A stretch of DNA of 64,000 nucleotides, taken from a virus. Within the stretch, counting starts at the first letter, position 1, and each line of letters starts with the position of its first letter. The notes under the pieces are model-generated. The model did not search any database, was not told the origin of the DNA, and saw only the letters and a list, made by a program, of their open reading frames with translations. The stretch is from the IMG/VR virus record IMGVR_UViG_3300025459_000003, positions 32,001 through 96,000 of that record; one strand, 5' to 3'. This document shows, piece by piece, positions 1-10,050 of the stretch. A program made the position numbers and the translations under genes.

Positions 1-113
1 TGTCGTACAGGAACTGCACGATCTTGTTCGCCTTGAACCGGACCGTACCCTTCGGCATGGTGACCAGCGGCTGTACTGGATGCTTGGGTTCCTTCTTCTT
101 GTTTTTCTTCATC

Positions 114-509
114 TTATGGCTCCTTCTTGCGCTCGGGGATGGGGAAGCGCTCGTTGACTTCCTTCTCCACGTAGTCCCGCATGCGGTTCTTCGCGAACTC
201 CCTGGGGCCGTACTTCTGGCAGGCCCATTCCATGGCCTGCCGGATCGCCTCCCGCTTGGCCAGGTGGAAGGGCCCCTCCTGGAGGTAGCGGTGGACGGGG
301 AACGCCTTGCGCCCGTAGTCCAGGAAGTGGGCCTTGGGGTCGGTCACGACCTCCCTGCCGTCCTTGATGCGCGCCACCAGCACGCAGGCGGAGGTGCCGC
401 CCCTGCCGTAGTCGCCCGCCTTGTAGAGGATGGCTATCCGGTCGCCCCCGGCCGCCTTGCATTGGTCGAAGGTGTTTATGAGCCTCGGTTTGGTCCGTTC
501 CTCGTCCAT
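114..509 (-). CDS. hypothetical phage protein
   Basis: 131-aa ORF with normal composition in a run of adjacent minus-strand genes. Confidence 0.6.
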   Translation of the reverse strand: MDEERTKPRLINTFDQCKAAGGDRIAILYKAGDYGRGGTSACVLVARIKDGREVVTDPKAHFLDYGRKAFPVHRYLQEGPFHLAKREAIRQAMEWACQKYGPREFAKNRMRDYVEKEVNERFPIPERKKEP

Positions 510-541
510 TCGTCCATCCTATCGAAATCCCGCGGCGGGGC

Positions 542-817
542 CTATTCTTCCCCCTCGACGAACCGTCGAAGGGCGTTCATGAGCCATCTGGCCTGTCCCA
601 CGTCGAGGTGGGCCCCGGCCAGAATTTCCTGGTTCGGCTTGAGGGGGACCGGCTGGTCGTTTTCCATGAGGCAGCCGTCGACGTACACCCTCATGGCCCT
701 CGGCCCCATGGCGCTGGATCGCACCACCTTCAGCGGCCTCCCGTCCAAATCGTTGATCCTGCCGTAGATGGCGAATCCGCGGGCGGTCCTTTTCAGCCTT
801 TTCTTCTTTTCCGCCAT
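542..817 (-). CDS. hypothetical protein
   Basis: 91-aa ORF; start overlaps the upstream stop (TGATG). Confidence 0.6.
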   Translation of the reverse strand: MAEKKKRLKRTARGFAIYGRINDLDGRPLKVVRSSAMGPRAMRVYVDGCLMENDQPVPLKPNQEILAGAHLDVGQARWLMNALRRFVEGEE

Positions 818-1242
818 CAGAGGGCCTCCGCATAAATCTGTTGAAGCCGTTTTAGCATAGCGGGGTCGGCAAATTCCTTGATCAGTGAGACGCCATTTTT
901 TACGGTGTCTCGATGCGTCTGTATGGCGGGAGCGTGTGCAAGGACTAGCTTCTCTCGTGGGATTTCGGCCACGAGTTCCGGATGTCCGAATATGTCAGTC
1001 CTAACAAAGGTGAGTATGTCCCATTCTGCCGAGGCTCCGGTATGCCTGTTCGGCGAGGATGTTCCGCCTTTGACCTCCCTCTTTCTTCCATCCTCCGTCA
1101 GAACATCATACTTGCTTCCGGGAGGCATGAGTTTTCCGTTGCCGTCTATGGCAACCAGGAATTCCGCTACCTTGCCCCTGGCTTGAGGAACGTCCTCACA
1201 GGCCGGGATGACTTTTTTGAGTCTTTCTCGATAGTCCCTCAC
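817..1242 (-). CDS. putative PD-(D/E)xK nuclease-like protein
   Basis: C-terminal part of the 817..2004 ORF; GTG start overlaps the stop of 1239..1622; motifs AE..V, KYD and EVK. Confidence 0.45.
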   Translation of the reverse strand: MRDYRERLKKVIPACEDVPQARGKVAEFLVAIDGNGKLMPPGSKYDVLTEDGRKREVKGGTSSPNRHTGASAEWDILTFVRTDIFGHPELVAEIPREKLVLAHAPAIQTHRDTVKNGVSLIKEFADPAMLKRLQQIYAEAL

Positions 1243-1622
1243 AATGCCTCCGCATCGACGAACGTGGGCTGCGACGGGGCGTCCGTGCCCCCGCTCCACC
1301 CCAGTTTCTGTGCCGCCGCCACGACTCTGGGCCACGACTTGGCGGACTTGGTGCGGGTGGCGGGGTCCCATCCGTGCATCTTCGCCAGGGGGAGTGCCCT
1401 GTGGTCGGTGAAGACCACATCGCCGTTCGTGGCGTCGTACCCGACCCATCCGGTCAGGAACCAGAAGCACTGGTGCTGGCAGAGCCCGCTTCCCCGGACG
1501 AACTCCCTGGCGCACCCGCATAGGGCGCAATGGGGACGCCCGATGGAGCGCCTCCCGACCTGCCCCACCGTGTACCTCTGGGACTGGCTCGTCACTGCTC
1601 CGGTGCTGAACGTGGTTTCCAT
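1239..1622 (-). CDS. hypothetical Cys-containing protein
   Basis: ORF just downstream of the promoter at 1642-1676; CxxC...CxxxC. Confidence 0.5.
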   Translation of the reverse strand: METTFSTGAVTSQSQRYTVGQVGRRSIGRPHCALCGCAREFVRGSGLCQHQCFWFLTGWVGYDATNGDVVFTDHRALPLAKMHGWDPATRTKSAKSWPRVVAAAQKLGWSGGTDAPSQPTFVDAEAL

Positions 1623-1641
1623 GAATTCCGTCCCCGTATGC

Positions 1642-1676
1642 ATTATACACGAGGATACACGAAATTTCTAGGGATT
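1642..1676 (-). promoter_or_regulatory. sigma70-type phage promoter (AATCCC-TAGAAA-N17-TATAAT)
   Basis: Exact TATAAT, 17-nt spacer, motif repeated elsewhere in the window. Confidence 0.7.
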
Positions 1677-2129
1677 CTTCGGGGCATCCCCGCTGGGGAC
1701 GCCGACGCGGATGAAATGCCTCAATCCCAGGTATCGCGGCTCCTCTGTTGCCTCCACCGTATAGCCAGCGGCGGCCAGGGCGGCCACGATTTCGGCGAAC
1801 CGCCTCTGCCATTCCGCATCGTGGTCGCTCCTGAACCAGTCGCCGAACACCCACTCGACGGAGATTCCCTTGACCGCCGAGGTGTCGTTGACCTGGGCGA
1901 GGTAGCCGGGCCTGCCGTAGCGGCGGTCGCTGCGCGACTGCCTCCATATGTTTCTCTTCCCGTATTCCACGACGATCTTGAAGCCCTCGTGGCTGTGGCC
2001 CCACCCGCGGACCCGCCCGGAGGCGTAGTACTTGGTCTGCGGCAGCCCGGCCTTCACCAGGACATTCCTTACCGACAGCGGATGGAGCTTAGGCCCCGGC
2101 CTTCTTGGACTTGTATTCCCTGGAAGCAT
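1668..2129 (-). CDS. hypothetical protein
   Basis: 153-aa ORF with plausible composition. Confidence 0.5.
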   Translation of the reverse strand: MLPGNTSPRRPGPKLHPLSVRNVLVKAGLPQTKYYASGRVRGWGHSHEGFKIVVEYGKRNIWRQSRSDRRYGRPGYLAQVNDTSAVKGISVEWVFGDWFRSDHDAEWQRRFAEIVAALAAAGYTVEATEEPRYLGLRHFIRVGVPSGDAPKNP

Positions 2130-2652
2130 GTTCCCTCTTTTCGTACAGGTTGCTTGCGTTGACTTCGTGTTTTTCTCCGGGCTTGTAGGCAGCCCGGTCG
2201 CCCACAGGCTCCACCACCACCACGGTCACGTATTCGTCCGACTTGCTCTCCGCGTCCACCCACGCCCCCTCCGTTTCGCCGAGGGTGCTCAGGAAGTAGC
2301 GTCCCCCCACCTTGACCTTGTCGAGCGGCCCGCGGAACAGTTCGTCCAGGGCCTTCCGGCGCTTGACTTGTTTCTTCACGTCCGCCAGGGTCAGGCGGTT
2401 GACGTACTGGAACTGCCATGCGTCGCCGAGCGGCATGTGGATGAAGGCCAGGGGCTTGGTCGTGAACACCATGTAGGACGCCGCCCCGTCCGCCACGGGG
2501 AACGACACGACCTCGCCCCTGAGGTCTCCCGTGCCGTTGGCAAGGCAGTAGTCCCTCAGCTTCTGGATGAACTCTTTGTCGGCCTTCTGCCAGTTCTCGG
2601 GGTCGAAGTCCGGGACCCTGATTTCCTTGGGTGGTGCGTATACCTTTGCCAT
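2089..2652 (-). CDS. hypothetical protein
   Basis: MAKVYAPP start with GGAGG RBS, downstream of a promoter. Confidence 0.65.
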   Translation of the reverse strand: MAKVYAPPKEIRVPDFDPENWQKADKEFIQKLRDYCLANGTGDLRGEVVSFPVADGAASYMVFTTKPLAFIHMPLGDAWQFQYVNRLTLADVKKQVKRRKALDELFRGPLDKVKVGGRYFLSTLGETEGAWVDAESKSDEYVTVVVVEPVGDRAAYKPGEKHEVNASNLYEKREHASREYKSKKAGA

Positions 2653-2673
2653 TTTGCGTTTCCTCCCGCCTAT

Positions 2674-2708
2674 AGTATACACCGGGCTACACGAAATTTC
2701 CGGGGATT
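2674..2708 (-). promoter_or_regulatory. sigma70-type phage promoter (AATCCC-CGGAAA-N17-TATACT)
   Basis: Near-copy of the promoter at 1642-1676. Confidence 0.7.
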
Positions 2709-2710
2709 CT

Positions 2711-2974
2711 TCAGGGTTCCTTGGGGACGGCATCGCCGTGGGAGCTCAGCGAGATGCCGCAGCTCGGACACACGCTCCCTATGGAATGGCATCCCACGTC
2801 CCCCGTCGTCCCGAGGATGGGGTGCATCAGCCCCGGCACGGAGCAGGAGGGGCCATCGGCCTTGAGCGCCCTCAGGCGCTCCTTCCTGGCCTTGGCCTTC
2901 TCCGCAATCTCCTCCATGATCCCGTCTGCGACCTTCTTCACCAAGTTCTCCACGTTGTCCTCCTGCTTAGGCAT
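2711..2974 (-). CDS. small hypothetical protein with C-terminal CxxC
   Basis: 87-aa ORF. Confidence 0.45.
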   Translation of the reverse strand: MPKQEDNVENLVKKVADGIMEEIAEKAKARKERLRALKADGPSCSVPGLMHPILGTTGDVGCHSIGSVCPSCGISLSSHGDAVPKEP

Positions 2975-3050
2975 TCATCGCCGAATGATTAGGATATGAT
3001 CTAAAAAAGCCTCGTGCTTTTGCAACTTGCTGAAAACAGGCCCTAGAACT

Positions 3051-3067
3051 TTGGCACTTGGATTGCA
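3051..3067 (+). promoter_or_regulatory. sigma54 (-24/-12) promoter
   Basis: TTGGCAC-TTGGA-TTGCA; GG-N10-GC spacing is exact. Confidence 0.6.
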
Positions 3068-3087
3068 TGCATGTCTTCGGAGGCCCC

Positions 3088-3177
3088 ATGACAGCCATCC
3101 TCGTCGTCCTCACGTTCGCCGCCTTCCTGCTCGTGGACTACGCCAGGACCCGCCGTGCCAACCCGGGCGGTCGCTAG
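3088..3177 (+). CDS. 29-aa single-pass membrane peptide MTAILVVLTFAAFLLVDYARTRRANPGGR
   Basis: GGAGG RBS, hydrophobic helix plus basic tail; not listed in the ORF track. Confidence 0.55.
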   Translation: MTAILVVLTFAAFLLVDYARTRRANPGGR

Positions 3178-3779
3178 CCCGACCGCCCGTCCCTGGCGTC
3201 CTTCGGGTCCTCGACCGGCCGGAGTTCCCTTGGCTTCCAGTCGGCGATGCGCCGTTGCTGCCAGACGATGTAGCGCTCCAGCTCCCTCATCGCGGGCCTG
3301 AGATTGTTTTCGACGTAGTCGGCGTTCATCCTCGTGGCGACCTCCAGCAGGTCCCTCTCGGTGCCGTAGTACGGCAGCCGCTCTTCCTTGCCATCGTGCC
3401 CGACGTACTTCAGGAACGTCGCGTCGCCGTGGGGCAGGCGGACGACCTCCTGCAGGAGCCTTACCCTGCGCCAGGAATACCCTCCCCGGACGCGCGTCTG
3501 CCGGGGTATGTACTCGTGGTACCAGCCCACGGGCTCCGTGGCCGGGCGGAGCAGGGCGTCGATGTCCGCCTCTATGCCCGCCTTGCCCTTCCGGGCGGAC
3601 TCCACGAATCCCTTGATGAGGTCGCAGGACTGCTCGTATGGGAGGGTCGCGGCCCCGACGCAGACGCCCTGGAAGAAGCCCCACTCCACGCTGTACCCGT
3701 GCTTGGAGAGGAGGCCCCCCGGCAGCTTCTGCACCCTGCCGCAGCACTGGCACGACCCGACATGCGTCGCCCTTTCCAT
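3174..3779 (-). CDS. hypothetical protein with N-terminal Zn-binding motif (CQCC..H..C)
   Basis: 201-aa ORF. Confidence 0.6.
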   Translation of the reverse strand: MERATHVGSCQCCGRVQKLPGGLLSKHGYSVEWGFFQGVCVGAATLPYEQSCDLIKGFVESARKGKAGIEADIDALLRPATEPVGWYHEYIPRQTRVRGGYSWRRVRLLQEVVRLPHGDATFLKYVGHDGKEERLPYYGTERDLLEVATRMNADYVENNLRPAMRELERYIVWQQRRIADWKPRELRPVEDPKDARDGRSG

Positions 3780-4082
3780 CTACCACCACCTACTTCGGTG
3801 TAACTGCCTTCCGCGGATGCCGTCGATGTTCCCGACCAGCTTCTTGCGGTTCGGGACCCCGTATTTCGACTTGATCCGGTAGACGTTCCCGTCCGTCTGG
3901 TCCACCACGAAGGCCCCCGAGTCCCCGTCGTCGAGGCAGACGTACCTCGCCTTCCTGACGAACCGCTTCCGGTAGGAAGGGGAGTCGTAGTCCAGGCCGG
4001 GATAGGATGCCTCGAACTGCCCCCGTCCCTCCTCGTGCCACTGGCCAATGAGCTCTTGCAGCTTTTCGTCGCTGATCTCCAT
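3780..4082 (-). CDS. hypothetical protein
   Basis: GGAGG RBS; promoter at 4099-4133. Confidence 0.6.
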   Translation of the reverse strand: MEISDEKLQELIGQWHEEGRGQFEASYPGLDYDSPSYRKRFVRKARYVCLDDGDSGAFVVDQTDGNVYRIKSKYGVPNRKKLVGNIDGIRGRQLHRSRWW

Positions 4083-4098
4083 GCGCCCTCCTGCCTGC

Positions 4099-4133
4099 AT
4101 TATACCTCCGATGGCCCCGTTTTTCCAGGGATT
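4099..4133 (-). promoter_or_regulatory. sigma70-type phage promoter (AATCCC-TGGAAA-N17-TATAAT)
   Basis: Same motif family; divergent from the terminase gene. Confidence 0.65.
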
Positions 4134-4162
4134 CCGCTATCCCTTTCATTATCAGGAGAACC

Positions 4163-6178
4163 ATGCCAAGGGGAGAGCGATTCAGCAAGCGGGAGTCGGT
4201 GTTCGGGAAGGCGGTCGAGGGCATCATCGAGAGCGCCCCCAAGATCCTCAACGCCATAGACTTCATCGAGTCCCGGCAGGGGCTCAACGTCAAGCTCTTC
4301 CCCGTGCAGCGCCTCCTGACCAAGTGCGTCTTCGGCATCCCCATGGACTACAAGATGGGGATGGTGCCGTTCTACGACGTGTTCCGCGAGAAGCTCATCA
4401 GGACGGTCACGGAGGTCGAGGCCCTCCACATATTCTTCGAGGAGGGCCGCTGCAGCGTGGGCGACTGGAGGGACATCCCCGAGCGGGGGTACAACGAGGC
4501 GTGCATCATCGCCGGCCGGCGGGGAGGAAAATCTCAGTGGGTGTCGGCGACCGCGTCCTACAAGCTCTACTGCCTGCTCAACCACAAGAGCCCCCAGGAC
4601 TACTTCGGGCTGGTCCCCGGCTCCCCCATCGACTTCACCTTCCTGGCCCAGGACGACACGGGGGCGACAAGGCTGTACGACAAGCTGCGCGAGGACGTGA
4701 ACCGCACGCCGTTCTTCAGCCCCTACCTGAAGGCCAGCAGCGGGACCTGGCTGGGCTTCGTCACGGAGTCCGACAGGGGCAAGAGGGACGTGACCCCCAC
4801 GATCAACTGCGAGTCCCTGCCCTGCACCACCAACAGCGTCCGCAGCCCGTCGTCCGTCTTCCTGGCGCTCGACGAGTTCGCCCACTTCCGGTCGGAGAAG
4901 GGCTCGTCCTCGGACGAGGTGTACGCCGCCGCCACGCCCAGCACCCTGAACTTCCACCACGCCGAGCTGCCCAACGGCGAGTGGATAAGCGGCGACCAGA
5001 TGAGGGCGCTGCAGCCGGAGGAATACAGGGAATACCAGGACTCCATGGTCGTCTCCATCTCGACGCCCTGGACGAAGGTCGGCAAGATGTACGACCTCCA
5101 CAAGCTGGCCATGACCAAGGGGAACGCCAGCGGCATCTTCACCCTCAGGGTCAGCACGGCGGAGATGAACCCCTTCGTCCTCCCCAAGGTCCTGCACGGG
5201 GAGTACGAGAAGAACCCCATGACGTTCAAGGCGGAGTACGGGGGGCAGTTCCTCGACTCCTCCGAGAGCTACGTCACGGAGGCGCAGATACGGGCGTGCA
5301 CGGACGTGCAGTACACCGAGGGGGAGATGCCGGTGCCGAGGCCCGAGACCGCCAGGCTCAACCTGACGAGGTTCGTCCCGTCGTGCGTCGGGCGCAACTA
5401 CTTCTGGGGGGTCGACCTCGGCATGATGAAGAACGCCACGGGCGTCGCCATCGGGCACCTGGAGCACCGGGGCGGCAAGAACCCGATAGAGCTGGTCTAC
5501 GACTACATCGACCGCATGATGGTGGGGGAGAGGTTCGACGGGCCGGGCGTCGAGGAGATTCCGGGGGTCGTGAAGTACGTGGGGTACCGGGCGCTCCCCC
5601 TGGAGGACGTCGTGATGTGGCTGCGGGCGCTCAACAGGGTGATGCCGTGCTTCCGCGGGGCGACCGACCAGCACGGCGGCCAGGCGCTCGTCCAGCTCCT
5701 GGAGATCAACCAGATATACAACATCGAGCTGCTCAACCTCACCACCGTCATCAATTCCCAGATGGCGTTCGCCCTCAAGGGCTACATGGACAACCGGAGG
5801 TGCAGGTTCCCGTACGTCCCCAAGTTCATGGACGAGATCCGCCTTGTGGAGGCGGAGTTCGTCGGGAAGTACCAGATCAGGGTGCAGGCCCCGGCCGAGA
5901 AGGGGGCCACGGACGACATGACGGACGCCGTGCAGGAGGTGGCGTACGTCGCCCAGAAGTGGCTCGTGGAGGAGGGGGGGCTCGCCCAGGACCCCGCCGG
6001 GGCCAGCCTCGCCCTCCAGGAGCAGATGTCCAAGCCCGCCGCCCCCCTCCTCTCGCTCGACAGCCTCGCCATGACGGAGATCAAGACGCTGGAGAGGCTG
6101 CACAGGCTGCAGCGGGGGCTGATGATGACCCCCGGCACGGTGGTGGTGAGGGACCCGTTCCGCCGCCGCAGGCGGTGA
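4163..6178 (+). CDS. terL: terminase large subunit
   Basis: Walker A GRRGGKS, Walker B LALDEFAH, motif III ISTP, RNase H-like GVDLG and DDMTDA. Confidence 0.88.
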   Translation: MPRGERFSKRESVFGKAVEGIIESAPKILNAIDFIESRQGLNVKLFPVQRLLTKCVFGIPMDYKMGMVPFYDVFREKLIRTVTEVEALHIFFEEGRCSVGDWRDIPERGYNEACIIAGRRGGKSQWVSATASYKLYCLLNHKSPQDYFGLVPGSPIDFTFLAQDDTGATRLYDKLREDVNRTPFFSPYLKASSGTWLGFVTESDRGKRDVTPTINCESLPCTTNSVRSPSSVFLALDEFAHFRSEKGSSSDEVYAAATPSTLNFHHAELPNGEWISGDQMRALQPEEYREYQDSMVVSISTPWTKVGKMYDLHKLAMTKGNASGIFTLRVSTAEMNPFVLPKVLHGEYEKNPMTFKAEYGGQFLDSSESYVTEAQIRACTDVQYTEGEMPVPRPETARLNLTRFVPSCVGRNYFWGVDLGMMKNATGVAIGHLEHRGGKNPIELVYDYIDRMMVGERFDGPGVEEIPGVVKYVGYRALPLEDVVMWLRALNRVMPCFRGATDQHGGQALVQLLEINQIYNIELLNLTTVINSQMAFALKGYMDNRRCRFPYVPKFMDEIRLVEAEFVGKYQIRVQAPAEKGATDDMTDAVQEVAYVAQKWLVEEGGLAQDPAGASLALQEQMSKPAAPLLSLDSLAMTEIKTLERLHRLQRGLMMTPGTVVVRDPFRRRRR

Positions 6179-6211
6179 GGGGCAATTTCAGGCTATGAGT
6201 TCCATATATGA

Positions 6212-6727
6212 GTGCAACTTTCCTTGGAAGGATTGAACATGATGCTGCCCCTTGCGTTCGCGGACATGCCGGGACCCTTCGAGTTCCTGCTAAAGTGGCT
6301 TCCTACCATAGGATGGCCAGCAGTCATCATAGTTGTCTGGTACCTCAGGGGATTCATCTCCAAGGCCGAGAAGCGGGCGACGGACGCCGAGGCCGCCGTC
6401 ATCCAGGCGGGCAAGGACTACGTTGCCATGGCACGGGCCATCCAGGATTTGTCGAAGAGTGCCAAGGAAGCTGCGGAGAAGGTGGAGTTGCTCAAGCAAA
6501 GCATCGAAAGGCACATCCAGGTGGGGCTCGACATTGCGGCGAATCAAGCGAAGATAGCGAGCCTCCTCAATCGTCTGGAAGAGGTGAGCACCACGCAGTT
6601 CAACATCCTGAAGGACATCGCCGAGAAGAGCGCCGTCGTCGCCACGCAGCAGAACCTCATCACGAACGGGTTTCAGCGAATGGTGGAGCGCCTGATAGAC
6701 ACCATAAAGGACGACGGGAAAGGGTAG
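6212..6727 (+). CDS. membrane-anchored coiled-coil protein (possibly holin/lysis-related)
   Basis: N-terminal TM segment followed by a heptad-rich region. Confidence 0.5.
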   Translation: MQLSLEGLNMMLPLAFADMPGPFEFLLKWLPTIGWPAVIIVVWYLRGFISKAEKRATDAEAAVIQAGKDYVAMARAIQDLSKSAKEAAEKVELLKQSIERHIQVGLDIAANQAKIASLLNRLEEVSTTQFNILKDIAEKSAVVATQQNLITNGFQRMVERLIDTIKDDGKG

Positions 6728-6988
6728 GGCGAGACGTGAAGGAAACGAGTTCGATGGTAGAAAATGATCCCGATGTAAAGGCATCGGCAAGCACAGACAA
6801 TGGGGCATGCATCGACAAGGCTTGTGACGAGGCCCTGGTGGTCCTGGAGGACTTGTGCTCCAAGGTTCCCCCCAAGCTGCTCAAGAGCAAGGTGAAGAGG
6901 GGGATAGCAAAGGGCCTGACGAGCATGGTCGAATACCGGAAGGAACAGGGGATTCCATTGCTTTCCCCTCCATAGGATAGAGGGCAAC

Positions 6989-7432
6989 ATGCAGACTTCA
7001 AACAACGTGATCTTCGACTCGAAGGCGGAATTCTCCGGGAAGTGGCGGGACATCAACAATTTCGCGGCATTGTCCGTCCACATCGTCGGGCTGGAGGCCG
7101 CCTCCGACACCTGGATCGAGGTCTCGAACAACCCCAACGTCCTGCTCAACCAGCCCAGCGACTACGTGTCGGGATACAGCACCCCCATCCTGGTCCCCAA
7201 CGCACCCTCGGGCATCTCGGGGGTGCCGATCACGGGAAACCTGGCCGTCCATGCAAGCTACTCCCCGCCGGTGTCGGGAGACGTCGAGGAAGAGGCGGAC
7301 GTGGCGTTCAGCGCCGATGGGACGCAGGCCGTGTGGAGCCCTTCCTGCCTCGTCTGGAACTACATACGGGTGGTCAAGACGGGAGGGGGGAGCACCGAGA
7401 CCGTTGCCTATTTGTTCGGACAGATTACTTAG
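6989..7432 (+). CDS. putative virion structural protein
   Basis: 147 aa, beta-rich, RBS, in the late-gene context. Confidence 0.5.
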   Translation: MQTSNNVIFDSKAEFSGKWRDINNFAALSVHIVGLEAASDTWIEVSNNPNVLLNQPSDYVSGYSTPILVPNAPSGISGVPITGNLAVHASYSPPVSGDVEEEADVAFSADGTQAVWSPSCLVWNYIRVVKTGGGSTETVAYLFGQIT

Positions 7433-7479
7433 GCGGCGCAACGACCCGGTCAATCCCAAGTCGAAAGGCAAAAGAACCC

Positions 7480-7995
7480 ATGACCAACGGAAACAACGGA
7501 AGGACGCACGAGCCCGGCCTGCGGGAGGTCACGTCCCAGCTCGACGACCTCCAGGAGCTGATGATGGCGAAGATCGAGGCCGTCGAGAAGGAAATCACGG
7601 GCAACGACAGGCGCTACGAGGAAAGGTTCGAGGCGATGGACGCCAAGACGGGGCTCGCCCTGGCCTCGTCGAAGGATGCCGTCGTCAAGGCGGAGGTCGC
7701 CACGGAGAAGCGCTTCGACTCGGTGAACGAATTCAGGGAAACCCTCCGGGACCAAGCGACGACCCTCCTTCCCCGCGAGGAGGCCGCCGCCCGGTTCAAG
7801 TCGATGGAGGAGAAGGTGGACCAGATCAAGAAGGACGTCGAGGGCTTGCGGGAGTCCCGTTCCGCCGCCAGCGCCTCCGACCTCACCAAGGAGAAGGGGT
7901 CATCGACGAACCTGACGGTGCTGATGATGGTGATCGTAGGCCTTTTCGGCGTCGCCTCGCTGGTGGTAAGCATCATCGCGTTGTTCAGGCGTTGA
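7480..7995 (+). CDS. coiled-coil protein with C-terminal TM helix
   Basis: MTNGNNG start; hydrophobic C-terminus. Confidence 0.6.
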   Translation: MTNGNNGRTHEPGLREVTSQLDDLQELMMAKIEAVEKEITGNDRRYEERFEAMDAKTGLALASSKDAVVKAEVATEKRFDSVNEFRETLRDQATTLLPREEAAARFKSMEEKVDQIKKDVEGLRESRSAASASDLTKEKGSSTNLTVLMMVIVGLFGVASLVVSIIALFRR

Positions 7996-8067
7996 GGGTA
8001 AGCGTCAAGGCGCATTTGTCTGGGTAAGTTGCCCGGAAAGACAACCCTCCCCGCAGCAAGGGGTAGA

Positions 8068-10041
8068 ATGGGAACCATCCGCATAATCGACCCCTCGTCC
8101 GGCTCCATCGTCACGCTCGACGGCATCGTCGTCACGTGGGTGAAGACGTACAATCCCACCGTCGCCTACAGCCTCGGCCATGCGGTGAGCTACGCCAACG
8201 GCTCCTGGATTTCCCTGAAAAATGGTAACGTGGGGAATGTTCCCGCGTCCGGCTCGTCCTGGTGGGGACTAATCGCCGAGGGAGCCCAGGGCCCGACCGG
8301 GCCGACTGGCTACACAGGACCTACGGGTTACACCGGCTATACCGGCCCGACCGGTCCAACAGGATATACCGGCCCTACCGGCTATACCGGCCCCATCGGT
8401 CCCACGGGGCCGACGGGTTACACGGGATATACCGGCTATACTGGTCCTGATGGACTCCCAGGCTCCGCCGGACCCACCGGGCCCACAGGCTTCACTGGGC
8501 CAACGGGCTTCGTCGGGTCGCAGGGCGACAAGGGCGGGCTTCGCTACTACTTCGACGCAGGCACCGGCCCTGCGGGCCTGAACAATGCAGGGGAATTGCG
8601 CCTGAACAACTCCTCCCCGGCCTTCGCGACGCACCTCTACATGTACCAGTGGGACGTCGTCCCGAACGACCAGATTTTCTACCTGTTGCAGTGGAACAAC
8701 GGGTATGTGGAGATCGAAGAAAATTCGAACCTGGTCCCCGGCTTCCTGAACTTCCTGGCCACGGGCGTAGTCTACCTCGGGGCTGGCGTCATCGACATAT
8801 CCGTGTCCTACCTGTCGGGCACCCTGCCGTCCCAAAACGACCAGCTTGTCGTGAACTTCAGCCCCCTCGGGCCCGTCGGCCCCACCGGGCCGGGAAACTT
8901 TACTGGCCCTACCGGATACACGGGCCCTTCCGACGGTCCCATAGGCCCCACGGGCTTCACCGGCCCGACGGGGCCGGGGGGCGGGGGATCCAGCAACTTC
9001 ATCGCCGTCTCCCAGCCCACCCACGGGTTCGCCACCGGGCAGGCCGTCTATTTCGACGGCGTCATCTGGCGGCTCGCCAAGGCCAACGATGCCGACACCT
9101 TGGCAATCGCCGTCGTCAGCTACGTCAGTGCGGACGCCTTCGACGCCTACCTGGAGGGGGAGATCGACGGCCTGTCCGACCTCGTGCCGGGGGAATACTA
9201 TTTCGTCAGCGACTCCTCGGCGGGGGCATTGACGATCACCGCCCCGACCGACCCGGCGAGCTTTGTCAACCCCATCCTGTTCGCCCTCTCGGCGACCACG
9301 GGGATAGTCCTTCCCTACCGCCCGACCGACAACGCCGTGGCACCGGCAGGGCCGACCGGCCCCACCGGCTATACCGGCCCGACCGGGCCGACAGGCGACA
9401 CGGGCCCGACAGGCTACACGGGCTACACGGGCCTCGGCGACACCGGCCCGACCGGGCCGGGCAGCTTCACCGGCCCGACTGGCTATACGGGCCCTTCCGA
9501 CGGTCCCATCGGGCCGACCGGCCCCACGGGGCCGGGGGGCGGGGGAGGAAGCCCCCTGACGTTCTTCGGGGACTACTCCCATACCTTCGGCTCCAACTCC
9601 TTCGGCGTGCAGCAGGACGTCATCAAGGTCAGCTACCCCATGTCCCTGCCCGCCCTGTCGGTCTCCAGGCTGGAGATCAACATAATCTCGGCGGACAGCA
9701 ACGCCTCCCACTACTACGACTTCGGCATCTACGACCTGGCCGGGAACCTGGTAGCGGACACGGGGCCCATCAACGTCCCGTCCACGGGGGCGATGGACAT
9801 CCCCCTCGTCCAGGGGACGGTGGCAATCGCTGCGGGACCGTACCTGTTCGCCATAACGGGCAATGCGGGGACGGTCTTCCTGGCGAGGACCAACATGAGC
9901 GGGGCGTATTCCCTGCTGTATTGGCAGACCGCGACGGCGTCCTCCGGGGGGCAGTTGCCCGCCACGATTTCCCTCTCGGCGTCGGCGTCGACCCTGGATG
10001 CATACGGGGACAGCTATTCGCCCATCTTCCTGCTCCATTAG
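8068..10041 (+). CDS. collagen-like tail/capsid fibre protein with N-terminal CBM5/12-like module
   Basis: Several GPT/GYT/GFT triplet runs separated by globular domains; [16 protein letters not shown] motif. Confidence 0.8.
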   Translation: MGTIRIIDPSSGSIVTLDGIVVTWVKTYNPTVAYSLGHAVSYANGSWISLKNGNVGNVPASGSSWWGLIAEGAQGPTGPTGYTGPTGYTGYTGPTGPTGYTGPTGYTGPIGPTGPTGYTGYTGYTGPDGLPGSAGPTGPTGFTGPTGFVGSQGDKGGLRYYFDAGTGPAGLNNAGELRLNNSSPAFATHLYMYQWDVVPNDQIFYLLQWNNGYVEIEENSNLVPGFLNFLATGVVYLGAGVIDISVSYLSGTLPSQNDQLVVNFSPLGPVGPTGPGNFTGPTGYTGPSDGPIGPTGFTGPTGPGGGGSSNFIAVSQPTHGFATGQAVYFDGVIWRLAKANDADTLAIAVVSYVSADAFDAYLEGEIDGLSDLVPGEYYFVSDSSAGALTITAPTDPASFVNPILFALSATTGIVLPYRPTDNAVAPAGPTGPTGYTGPTGPTGDTGPTGYTGYTGLGDTGPTGPGSFTGPTGYTGPSDGPIGPTGPTGPGGGGGSPLTFFGDYSHTFGSNSFGVQQDVIKVSYPMSLPALSVSRLEINIISADSNASHYYDFGIYDLAGNLVADTGPINVPSTGAMDIPLVQGTVAIAAGPYLFAITGNAGTVFLARTNMSGAYSLLYWQTATASSGGQLPATISLSASASTLDAYGDSYSPIFLLH

Positions 10042-10050
10042 TGAGGCAAC

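Noticed and set aside
1407-1418. GGTGAAGACCAC, identical to the first 12 nt of the CRISPR repeat (possible anti-repeat)
   Set aside because: Inside a CDS 31 kb away; a 12-nt match is plausible by chance
4048-6198. Long overlapping Arg/Gly/Pro-rich or antisense ORFs (e.g. 4048..6198, 4100..6103, 42010..44193)
   Set aside because: Shadow frames typical of high-GC3 coding DNA; no motifs
8939-8968. Self-targeting of the fibre gene by spacer 33950-33979
   Set aside because: 7 of 30 mismatches, including at guide positions 2 and 8
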